Part shown: positions 18,258-26,594 of the stretch, piece by piece | Numbering within the stretch: position 1 is the first letter of the stretch | How the letters are laid out: each line of letters starts with the position of its first letter | Position numbers and translations under genes: made by a program | Origin: a virus | DNA: 64,000 bases | IMG/VR virus record: IMGVR_UViG_2785510761_000001 | Strand: one strand, 5' to 3' | The notes under the pieces: model-generated | Told to the model about the DNA's origin: nothing | Seen by the model: only the letters and a program-made list of their open reading frames with translations | The model's database searches: none

Positions 18258-18981
18258 CGACATGACCTGCTTCGAGCTGTGTGTCCACGCTGTCGTCGCC
18301 GGCAACGAAGCTGTCGAGAGCGGGCAGCTGCACGCTGGCGGTGAGCCCGGTCTGCTGGGCGGCCGCGAGCACATGCGACTCGATGTCAGCTTTCGCCTGC
18401 GCCGCCACTTTCTCTGCTGCCTCAGCGACAGACTTTACGGCGAACTCAGCATTCGCAGGGGCGTTGTCGATGGTGGCGCGGTGAGCACGGAGGGCATCGC
18501 GGATCGCGCGGATGCCGGCCTTGCTTTCGATGGCCTCTTCCAGCGCTGAAAGCGAATCCCGTGACTTCTCCATGAGATGATCCACCGAGGTGCGGACTTC
18601 GCTGAGGCTCTCAGCGATGCGGGGCTCGTACGGGATACCGGGGGTCAACGGTTCGCCAGGCTTACGTCGCACGGTGACCGGGACACCGGATCCGATGCCG
18701 ATAGACGAGATCAGCGCGCCCCACTGGGCGAGGCTCATTTCGATCTCCACAAGCTGATGAGTGGAGTGCACCCAGTCGCGATTCAACGAGCGGGTGCGGT
18801 CAGCTTCCGAGATGGCGAGCGTAATGGTCTCGTTGTGCAGCAGGTCACTCTGAAACAGGGCGGTTCCGGTTCCATGCCCACGCGTCACAGTGGCAACGCC
18901 GAACGCCGGATGAGTGTCCAACCGTTCCTTCCCGACAGGTCCCTCTTTAGGCTCTGAATGGATATCCTGGTTGATGCGCAT
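18250..18981 (-). CDS. Hypothetical protein with helical C-terminus
   Basis: THPAFG..LFQSD..RSLNRDW..VEIEMSLAQW; motif at 19026-19034. Confidence 0.8.
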   Translation of the reverse strand: MRINQDIHSEPKEGPVGKERLDTHPAFGVATVTRGHGTGTALFQSDLLHNETITLAISEADRTRSLNRDWVHSTHQLVEIEMSLAQWGALISSIGIGSGVPVTVRRKPGEPLTPGIPYEPRIAESLSEVRTSVDHLMEKSRDSLSALEEAIESKAGIRAIRDALRAHRATIDNAPANAEFAVKSVAEAAEKVAAQAKADIESHVLAAAQQTGLTASVQLPALDSFVAGDDSVDTQLEAGHVDE

Positions 18982-19046
18982 GGTGGCCTCTCCTGGCCTG
19001 CGATACTTTCGCGGCTCTGAACACCAATGCGCGGCGCTTTCGCGCC

Positions 19047-19331
19047 TCAGACCTGAGAATACTGACCCACCTGTCGGCTTACGGCCTCACCGCCCTCAGC
19101 GAGATACTGCTCGATGAAGCTCGGCGCAATAACATCGGCGCCAATGAACGCGCCACCTGGCAGCCGTTTGTCAAGATGACCCGGGCGATACTCAACGGTG
19201 AGCTGTGGGACGTTCTGCTCGAACCAGTCCTCACAGGCCTGCTCGGCCTGCGCTGCGGTGGCCCCAGCGAGCACGCACGCGCTGCGAACCAGTTTCCGAA
19301 CCTGTTCGGTGGTGATCTTGAACTCAGCCAT
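19047..19331 (-). CDS. Hypothetical protein
   Basis: RBS GGAG, coupled ORF. Confidence 0.65.
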   Translation of the reverse strand: MAEFKITTEQVRKLVRSACVLAGATAAQAEQACEDWFEQNVPQLTVEYRPGHLDKRLPGGAFIGADVIAPSFIEQYLAEGGEAVSRQVGQYSQV

Positions 19332-19641
19332 CAGTCTCCTTCTTCTCGTAGTCTCGGGCGATCAGGACGATGCGCCCAAAAGCTCGGAGCATACGCAGCT
19401 TCGGACTGACGAGCAGAGCATCTCGGAGCTTGTCGGCGGAGTCTTGGAACTCCGGTCGATCTGACTGCTCGAGCGGGTTACGTCGGTTCTTCTCCAGGTT
19501 GATCGTCTCAACAAAGTGGTAGTGCGTTTGCTGCCCCAGCCAGTCGCCCAGGCGGAACATGAGGTATCCCAGCGCGCCCGTGAGGGCGAGGCCGGCAAGC
19601 ACAGCGAACGGCGTGATGACGCCGAGCCAGTATTCAGGCAT
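19324..19641 (-). CDS. Small membrane protein
   Basis: MPEYWLGVITPFAVLAGLALTGALGYL hydrophobic N-terminus; RBS AGGAG. Confidence 0.65.
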   Translation of the reverse strand: MPEYWLGVITPFAVLAGLALTGALGYLMFRLGDWLGQQTHYHFVETINLEKNRRNPLEQSDRPEFQDSADKLRDALLVSPKLRMLRAFGRIVLIARDYEKKETDG

Positions 19642-19664
19642 TCGATATCTCCTGTCAGGCCGGC

Positions 19665-20003
19665 TTATCGCCGTGCTCGGTCGAGCTCGATGGCCTCGAC
19701 GGCCATCTGCGCGAACTGATCTTCGTTCGGGGTGTAAGTCCCGTCCGCCCAAGCCGTGATTTGCTCACGCTTCCAGCGGTCAAACACCTGCTGAACGATC
19801 ACTAAGGGGGAGTTCGGCTCGGCCTGCTGCGGTTCCGGTTCGGTTGACCGTTCATTGTGCGTGCCGGTGTAATGGCAACGATCGCAGCAGGCACCCTGGT
19901 CGTTGCGAAGACGCCAGTTGCAGCGCTCGTACGATGCTCCGCATGACACGCAGCTTTCTCCGGTCAGGCCTTCGAATTTCAGCGTCCTGGTTTCGTCGCT
20001 CAT
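19665..20003 (-). CDS. Hypothetical Cys-rich protein
   Basis: CVSC..CCDRC; RBS GAGGGAG; CCGCGCATA variant at 20049-20057. Confidence 0.6.
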   Translation of the reverse strand: MSDETRTLKFEGLTGESCVSCGASYERCNWRLRNDQGACCDRCHYTGTHNERSTEPEPQQAEPNSPLVIVQQVFDRWKREQITAWADGTYTPNEDQFAQMAVEAIELDRARR

Positions 20004-20047
20004 AGCTCCCTCACTTGCCGTGAATCTTTCGCAGCTTCTGAGGTGTT

Positions 20048-20377
20048 CTATGCGCGGTGCTCTCCGGTCTCTCGACCGTGCAGTGAGACATGCGCCTGCA
20101 GTTCTGCCCACGCACTCTGGATACGATGCTCCTGCCACTCCTCCCGCTCACTTGCATCGACAGCGCCTCTCCATTGAGTCAGCTTGGCCGCGCTTTGGGT
20201 CAGCAGGTCGAGCACCTCGGCTTCGCTGAGAGGTTCTTCGGCCACGCGGCAGATGTGGGTGGCCATCGCACGCGCGAGCATCCTCCAGCTGGGCGGATGC
20301 TCAGTCTGTGGCACAGAACACCACGCCAGCGTTGCAGCATACCTGTCGATCAGCAGCCACGATGTCGGGTTCATCAC
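20048..20377 (-). CDS. Hypothetical protein
   Basis: 109-aa ORF in the co-oriented array. Confidence 0.5.
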   Translation of the reverse strand: MMNPTSWLLIDRYAATLAWCSVPQTEHPPSWRMLARAMATHICRVAEEPLSEAEVLDLLTQSAAKLTQWRGAVDASEREEWQEHRIQSAWAELQAHVSLHGRETGEHRA

Positions 20378-20582
20378 CTGATCATCGCAGCTGTTGCGGG
20401 GCTCGTCTACTGCTCAACGAGGTTGACGTTGTGGTTCGTGGTTGGGATGACTCGTTTGCACCAATACACGGTGCCGTCTACTGACTCATATGGTTGGGAG
20501 CAGACATATCCGTACGCACACTCAGCGCAGATTCGGTTGTAGTTAGGCTCGCTCTGTGTAGGTCTGAGCACATCAGGAGCTG

Positions 20583-20801
20583 TCACTGACGCTCTCTCCA
20601 GGCCCTGCACGTGAAATCCCAGCTAGATTCACCCCAAGGTTCGTCGATCCTCTTCGCGAGCACCGATGCTTCACCAATCGCTGTGATCTGAATGACACGG
20701 CCATCTTCGACTTGTCGACCTTTGCGGACGATCGGTTCTCCTTCGAGGATCGTGCCAACCTTCCACCCCATTCGGCGGGCATGTTCCGCTGGTGTGTTCA
20801 T
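20583..20801 (-). CDS. Small hypothetical protein (MNTPAEHARRMG...)
   Basis: RBS GGAGGG. Confidence 0.6.
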   Translation of the reverse strand: MNTPAEHARRMGWKVGTILEGEPIVRKGRQVEDGRVIQITAIGEASVLAKRIDEPWGESSWDFTCRAWRERQ

Positions 20802-20961
20802 TCGTTCCCTCCTTCGTTTCGATAGCACCCATGCGGATACACGCCAGCTAGTCCAGCGGCCAGGCAGCCATCGCACAGATCCATCGGGTTGTAGGTTTCT
20901 TGACCGCCACAGCAGGGGCAGGGGCAGCCGCGACGCGGGAACCCATTGCCGTCAAACCCCA

Positions 20962-21387
20962 TCACTGCCCACCCCCTATTTCGGCGGCATCTCTCGGCTC
21001 CTGTTTCTCCTTGCCGATCATCGAAATTGCTGCCGGCCTCGGCTGCTGCTCGACGATGTTGACGTTATGGTTCGCGGCGGGAGTGACCTGGAACGTCTTG
21101 CCGTCGATCTCCACGAGATCGTACAGTTCAACGTCAATGTACTTCACAGGTTCCTGTCTGTGCGCGGTGAGCGTGACTCCGAGGTTAAAGGCGAAATGTG
21201 ACGCTTCACCGCGGTCAAGTGCGCGCTGCACCTGAGCACGAGCTTCTGCTTCAGTGAGAGTCCGATCCTTGCGCCAGAACGCTTCTAGGGAACCCACCTG
21301 GAAGTTGTTTGGGACCGTCCCGCCCAGGAGGCTGGGGAGTTCGATCTGCAGCTTGTCTCCGACCTTCAGCGCAATGATCTCTGCCAT
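20962..21387 (-). CDS. Hypothetical protein
   Basis: RBS GAAAGGG, motif at 21430-21438. Confidence 0.7.
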   Translation of the reverse strand: MAEIIALKVGDKLQIELPSLLGGTVPNNFQVGSLEAFWRKDRTLTEAEARAQVQRALDRGEASHFAFNLGVTLTAHRQEPVKYIDVELYDLVEIDGKTFQVTPAANHNVNIVEQQPRPAAISMIGKEKQEPRDAAEIGGGQ

Positions 21388-21450
21388 GATGCCCTTTCGT
21401 TATTGCGACCCTCGCGACTTCTCAGTGGCAATGCGCGGTACGCTGAGCCC

Positions 21451-21885
21451 ATGCGCCACAGCCTCGCCGCTCCCCGTGCGTTGCTCATTTCATCCGTGTG
21501 CGCGGGGCTCAGCATTCACACGGCGTTCCTGTTCGCTGCGCTTCGAGGCGCGGATGCAAGCGCCCTCACTTGGCCGTTTGCCGTTCTGGGATCTGTAGCG
21601 GTGCTCGCCGGAATTTGGATGGGCGCGGTCGGCTGGACGAAGCAGGCAGCACCGCTCAGATGGCGAGCCCTCGCCCCTCGATCATTTGCCCTGACCACGC
21701 TGCTCAGCGCAGGCTTTGGTGCCTGGTTCTTCGCGCTTGCTGATCTGCGGGCACACAACGTGGAGATCTGGGCCGGCACGAGTGCAGCGTTCGGCTACTG
21801 GCTGGTTCTTGCTGCGGTGACACCGCCACTCACGAATCAGATCCTCGGGCTGCCTACTGCGCGAGAGCGTGTCGACGTCACCTAA
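21451..21885 (+). CDS. Four-TM membrane protein, counter-oriented
   Basis: Four hydrophobic segments; converges with the 21882 gene. Confidence 0.55.
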   Translation: MRHSLAAPRALLISSVCAGLSIHTAFLFAALRGADASALTWPFAVLGSVAVLAGIWMGAVGWTKQAAPLRWRALAPRSFALTTLLSAGFGAWFFALADLRAHNVEIWAGTSAAFGYWLVLAAVTPPLTNQILGLPTARERVDVT

Positions 21886-22571
21886 CTGAGAGACTTCGCA
21901 TAGTGCTGCATGGCGCCCCGCACCACCGAGATATCCGCACGCGCACGTCTGCGGCCTGCTTCAGTGTTTGGCGTGCTGGCGACCTCAGTGACAGCCCTGC
22001 CAGCTGTGTTCAGCACCTGATCACACAGGCGCTGCAACGCCTCGAGGATGTCGGGGGTGCGCAGCTCTTTCATTGGCCCCCACTTCTTCTCAACGTGCTC
22101 CCTAGAGAACGGCGCGGTCTCCGGACTGTGCATGAGGCCGTCGTCGCCGAGCACCCATACATCTCCGTGAATGTCGATCCACACAGTGCTTGCTGCGGTA
22201 CGCATCAGCTCGAGCTGATGTTCCGCTTTCACGGCGCGGGTGCGTTGCTCGTCGACCTCCACCTGCAGCTGTGCGGCCACAGAGTCCACCCCGTCCCACT
22301 TGCAGGTGCCGCCGAGTGGAAACGTGGTGTCGTGCATGGCGCACACCCCGAAATCGTAGGGAGGGGTGTGGCTCGTGCTGCACGGTGCGGGTCGGTCGGT
22401 GTTCGTGGCCAAAAGTACCTGCTCGAGGGCGTGCCGCCGGGCGGTGTCCTGGTCGCTGAACTGTGTCTTACAGGCGGCGCACCACCGCCTACTGCCGAGC
22501 GCGGAAGAATACAGCGGCAGGTGCTCCTCGAACACGTGCTCTGCAATCTCAAGGGGTGTCTGCTCTGTCAT
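21882..22571 (-). CDS. Hypothetical protein
   Basis: ATGA-coupled ORF with Cys/His clusters. Confidence 0.7.
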   Translation of the reverse strand: MTEQTPLEIAEHVFEEHLPLYSSALGSRRWCAACKTQFSDQDTARRHALEQVLLATNTDRPAPCSTSHTPPYDFGVCAMHDTTFPLGGTCKWDGVDSVAAQLQVEVDEQRTRAVKAEHQLELMRTAASTVWIDIHGDVWVLGDDGLMHSPETAPFSREHVEKKWGPMKELRTPDILEALQRLCDQVLNTAGRAVTEVASTPNTEAGRRRARADISVVRGAMQHYAKSLS

Positions 22572-23218
22572 CGTCGCTCCTCAGCTTCTCGAATATTGGC
22601 CGCGTACTCGCGCAGCAGGATTACGCCGCCGGCCTCCGCGACCGTGTGTTCAGTGAACCTGTTGTCGGTACGAGCCGCGCACTGCTCGATCTTTTGGGCT
22701 GCGTCTTCGAGCGCTTGTGAAGCGCCTTCTCGCAGGCGCGCGTTCTCCGCCTCCAGCTCATCGACCCTGGCCTCAGCAGCCTCACGGAGTGCATGAGGGG
22801 TCAGACCATCGCGTTTCTGCATGGTGAAGACGAACTCTGCCTCGCTTGGTTCGCCTGATGTGAACTGTGTCTCGACGTAGTTGATGCCCCCGATCAGTTC
22901 GAACCACTGGCGGGCGACCTCCGAAATGTACAGGACAGTTGCCTCGGTGTCGTGCACGGCGAGTTTCACGACGCCGTCTTTGAGTTCGGCGTACTGCAGG
23001 CGCAGCGCGTCGTTCGACGCTGACGGCAGCTTTCCGCGGCCACGTTTGCGCTCGGACCATCCGGCTTCGGGTGCGGAAATTCGCATGAATTTGCCGTCGA
23101 ACTTGAGGCGGGCGTCACCGGTGCCGTACACGCGCTCCACGAACTCCTGAACAGTTTGCATGGCATCCAGCGGGATCGGCAACCGCATGGCGAGGACGTC
23201 AGCATTCGCCTTAGACAT
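22568..23218 (-). CDS. Hypothetical protein with C-terminal coiled coil
   Basis: Coupled ORF, 216 aa. Confidence 0.7.
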   Translation of the reverse strand: MSKANADVLAMRLPIPLDAMQTVQEFVERVYGTGDARLKFDGKFMRISAPEAGWSERKRGRGKLPSASNDALRLQYAELKDGVVKLAVHDTEATVLYISEVARQWFELIGGINYVETQFTSGEPSEAEFVFTMQKRDGLTPHALREAAEARVDELEAENARLREGASQALEDAAQKIEQCAARTDNRFTEHTVAEAGGVILLREYAANIREAEERR

Positions 23219-23930
23219 CAGATACCTCGGCCTTCAGCTGGTCTGATGTCCAGATGCAATGGCCGGCCTTGTGCTCTGAGGTTCGGATGCAGCGCATGCC
23301 GTCCCCGTGCACGTCATCCCGTCGGTTGCTGCACTTCTGCCCACCCCTGAGCGGAGGTGGAACACGTCGCGGGTTCGTCACGGCGCTGGATCCGATCTCG
23401 AGCCCCTCAAGTTGTCCGTCAGGCTTCGTGAACAGAAACATCAGGCCGAGTGCTTCGAAGCTGGGGTGCAGTCCAACACTGCAGAACTGCGCACCGTAGC
23501 GGGCGGTTTCAATCAGCCAGTTCTCCCCGGGCTGGGGGAGGGTGAATAGCGGGGTCTGCTCGCCGGCCTGGTCTGCACCTTCAGCACGCAAGAAGTAGCT
23601 GTTCGTCTTCCAGTCGAAGCTTGCAACGCCATCGACTCCCCACCTGGCGAATGGCTGCTGTTCGAATCTTTCGCCAAGACCACCTTCGTTCTGATTTGCA
23701 ATGAAGCTGGTGAGCTCATTTCGTTCAGGGCCAGTGAGATCGCGTGAAGCGACGACTCTGACCATGCCTTCAACCTCTGAGGTAAGCTTCCATCTGATGA
23801 GGATGACCACATCGCGAAGCTCGTCGCTCAGCTGCTCAGTCATGTCGTCGCTGCTCAGGAATCTCTGTGCGTCGTGGATATCGTTTACCGGGCAGCTCAG
23901 ACTGAATCCGGTTTCGTAGGTTGATGCCAT
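23211..23930 (-). CDS. Hypothetical protein
   Basis: RBS GGAGG, motif at 23963-23971 with a DnaA-box-like TGTGGATAA nearby (23948-23956). Confidence 0.7.
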   Translation of the reverse strand: MASTYETGFSLSCPVNDIHDAQRFLSSDDMTEQLSDELRDVVILIRWKLTSEVEGMVRVVASRDLTGPERNELTSFIANQNEGGLGERFEQQPFARWGVDGVASFDWKTNSYFLRAEGADQAGEQTPLFTLPQPGENWLIETARYGAQFCSVGLHPSFEALGLMFLFTKPDGQLEGLEIGSSAVTNPRRVPPPLRGGQKCSNRRDDVHGDGMRCIRTSEHKAGHCIWTSDQLKAEVSDV

Positions 23931-24148
23931 CGTGCCTCCAGGCTCTCTGTGGATAACGCTCGAATGCGCGGCACCCATGGGCCTCAACGGTCAGTGAACC
24001 GGCCCAGGTAGCGGGGAGATTGCTGTGAGTGCTTGCGCTGGCCTGAGCGGGTGAGGGGCGAGTGAGGTCGTTCGACAAGATGTGGACACGTGCCATACCG
24101 CTACAAGTCACGCCGCTATTTATCGTCGTTCGAGGGCAAGTTCCGGAG

Positions 24149-24164
24149 TCGAACATATCTTCGA
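24149..24164. promoter_or_regulatory. LexA (SOS) box-like palindrome
   Basis: TCGAACATATCTTCGA, one mismatch to the actinobacterial TCGAAC-N4-GTTCGA consensus; further half-sites to 24190. Confidence 0.45.
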
Positions 24165-24209
24165 ACATGGATGTTCGAATTATGTTTGCGAGGAGTGATC
24201 GAGCAATCA

Positions 24210-24510
24210 GTTTTGCCCGGGTTTGGGCGTGTTTTGCCCGGGTTGCTCACCCGTTTACTCGGGCTACTTCCCTTACGGGAGTAAGGTTCTCCCGGTTTGC
24301 ACGGTTTTTCTGGAAATCTGCCTCCCCTATAGACAGTGAGTAACTGTTTCACCGGTTTTGAGTTTCTGCATCTATCTATCTATTTCTCTATTAAGAGATA
24401 AATAGATATAAGCCCGAGTAAACCGGGAGAGCACTACTCCCGTAAGGGATGCAGCCCGAGCACGAACCCGGTTTTGCCCGGGCAAGGCCGAGTAAAACCG
24501 GGCAAACGGC
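24210..24510. repeat. Candidate replication origin: 43-bp inverted repeats around an AT-rich core plus 12-bp iterons
   Basis: IR 24256-24298 / 24420-24462 (37/43 identical); AT-rich core 24370-24410; GTTTTGCCCGGG at 24210, 24231, 24471. Confidence 0.6.
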
Positions 24511-25204
24511 GAAACCATGCCATTTTCGAGGCTCATGCCCCGGTCGCCGGCCCGACGAGGGTACTTGCGCGCAAACAGTCCTCCCGCAGCCGATCTCAAG
24601 CGCCGGCGTAGAGGCGCCCCGAAAACGGGTGCGGGGCCGGGAAACGAGCGTCCAGGGCCGTTTCCGGCCGCGTTCAGCTCCTATTGGCGCCCCGAGGACG
24701 TGCAGCGCTCCTGAAATCGGTTGAATCGTGGTCGATATGCACGCGCGCCTACGCGCGTACGCGGGCGCGCGCCCGACCAGGGGAAACGCTCGCAATTGGA
24801 CGCTGGAGAGTTATTGGGCTCAGTCAAACAAAGGTAATACATAGCCTAGTTTCGAGCTCAGTCATTCGTGCCATTCGAACTCGTGGGTTGCTGACCCTCA
24901 CAAAACCACGATTCAGGTCATTATCAGGGTCGGCACGGTAGGCTCAGTCGAGCGTTCCCGAGCCTACCGTGATTCCACGCCTGTCGAGAAATCCATGCCC
25001 ATGAGATCACGGACCAACGAGATATTCGCCAGGAGCTCGTTTCCCTCGATCAACTGGTCAGCCCTCAGAGTATCGGCCATTCGCCCGCCGTCTCCAAGCT
25101 TTCTCCTAAGCAGCTTCCGGTGACTGAATCCCCTTGAAAGAGCAGGGCGGCATGAGCGCGGCACCGGACGATCGCGGGTCGTTTCGCGCTCAATTCTCAG
25201 CTTG

Positions 25205-25732
25205 CTATGTGTCCTGCCCTGGGGTAGTAGTCGTCGTCATCTCCACCTGAACCCCTGCCATCTCGAACAGGCGCTCTGATGCCTTGGTGAGGCCGACCGC
25301 TGATAGATAAGGACGCGCGACAATGACCCGCCGCACACCCACCTGGATAAGTTCCTTGGCACATTCGTTGCACGGATAGTGAGTGACATACGCAGTTGAG
25401 CCGGCCAGCTCTCGCAAAATTCCTCGGAAGTTCAACACGGCGTTGCGCTCCGCATGGATCACGAACGGGTATTTCGTATTTAGCGGATCTTCATCATCTC
25501 TGCCCCACGGCATCTGGGTGTCATCCACCCCGTTCGGCATCCCGTTGTAGCCGAGCGACAGCACTCGGTTATCTGACGAAACAAGCACCGCCCCAGTCTG
25601 AGTGTTCGGGTCCTTCGATCGTTGCCTCACGGTCTCAGCGATCTGCATGAAGGTCTCACCCCAGGACAACGGTGTGCGCGGCAAGTCCCTTGGGCGCTCA
25701 TGCCGCTCCTCGGCAAGCTTCTCAGTGCTCAC
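25205..25732 (-). CDS. dCMP deaminase (ComEB-like)
   Basis: RSKDPNTQTGA, LGYNG, HAERNA, PCNECAK. Confidence 0.9.
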   Translation of the reverse strand: MSTEKLAEERHERPRDLPRTPLSWGETFMQIAETVRQRSKDPNTQTGAVLVSSDNRVLSLGYNGMPNGVDDTQMPWGRDDEDPLNTKYPFVIHAERNAVLNFRGILRELAGSTAYVTHYPCNECAKELIQVGVRRVIVARPYLSAVGLTKASERLFEMAGVQVEMTTTTTPGQDT

Positions 25733-26550
25733 CTCGACTCCTCTACTTTCTCGCTGATCTCAGCCTTCGTGGGACGGGTGAAGAACCCGAAAGACGTGTC
25801 GGTGTCGGATGGCTTGACGGTTGCAGTGAACTTTATCTCGCGGCCGATCAGAGCCCCCGTCCAGACACCGATCCCGTCATCCGCGGGGTCATTACCGTCG
25901 GCGCTGTAGAACGCGTAGTACTCGCTGTCGGCGATACTCTTAGGCACCGAGCCCCAGACTTTCCAGCCTTCACCCTCAACCAGCATCTTCAGGGTGGAGC
26001 CGAAGTCGGAATCGACGTACTTTGCGCTGCGGATGGTGCCGACGATCTCAAGCCGCCCTGACGGTGCTGGACGCTTTGCTGCTTCGCGCTCATCGAACGC
26101 TACAAGAATCTCCCGCAGCTCGGTTTCCCAGGCTGCCGCGTCGAACTCAACGGGGTCGCCGCCAATAGCATCGAGGTTCCAACTCAGCTTGCGATGGAAC
26201 GGGTCTCCGTCACTGAGCCCGTCCAGCACGGCTTTCGCTCGGTCGACAAGCTCGCCGTACTTCGCACGGAACTGCTCTTCGCGCTCTCGCGCCGCCTCGA
26301 TCCGTGTCTGTCGTTCCAGGGCTTCGCGAGCGTGCCGGCGCGCTTTCGCCCGAGCGCTCGAGACGAGGAATGAATGTTCGCCGGTGCCCATGCAGTCGAA
26401 GCATCCGGTCGTGACGAACCCCACGGTCTTCGTGTGGAAGCTCGCGTTGGATGACGCATCGTAGACGCCCGTTCCGTGGCATTTCCCGCACGTTTCAGAG
26501 ATGCGTTCCTTGCCTTTGCGGCCGGGGTACGGATCCACATATTCGCTCAT
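25729..26550 (-). CDS. Zn-finger (CxxCxGxG x2) protein with possible C-terminal OB-fold
   Basis: CGKCHGTG..CFDCMGTG; SDFGSTLKMLV..GWKVWGSVP; motif at 26585-26593. Confidence 0.65.
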   Translation of the reverse strand: MSEYVDPYPGRKGKERISETCGKCHGTGVYDASSNASFHTKTVGFVTTGCFDCMGTGEHSFLVSSARAKARRHAREALERQTRIEAAREREEQFRAKYGELVDRAKAVLDGLSDGDPFHRKLSWNLDAIGGDPVEFDAAAWETELREILVAFDEREAAKRPAPSGRLEIVGTIRSAKYVDSDFGSTLKMLVEGEGWKVWGSVPKSIADSEYYAFYSADGNDPADDGIGVWTGALIGREIKFTATVKPSDTDTSFGFFTRPTKAEISEKVEESR

Positions 26551-26594
26551 CGCGCCGCCTCCTCAGGTGTGTTGATGTGGAGGCAATGCGCGGC

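Noticed and set aside
23836-24168. ORF beginning MFEDMFDSG
   Set aside because: The start is just the translation of the LexA-box-like palindromes and the ORF runs out of frame into the 23930 gene.
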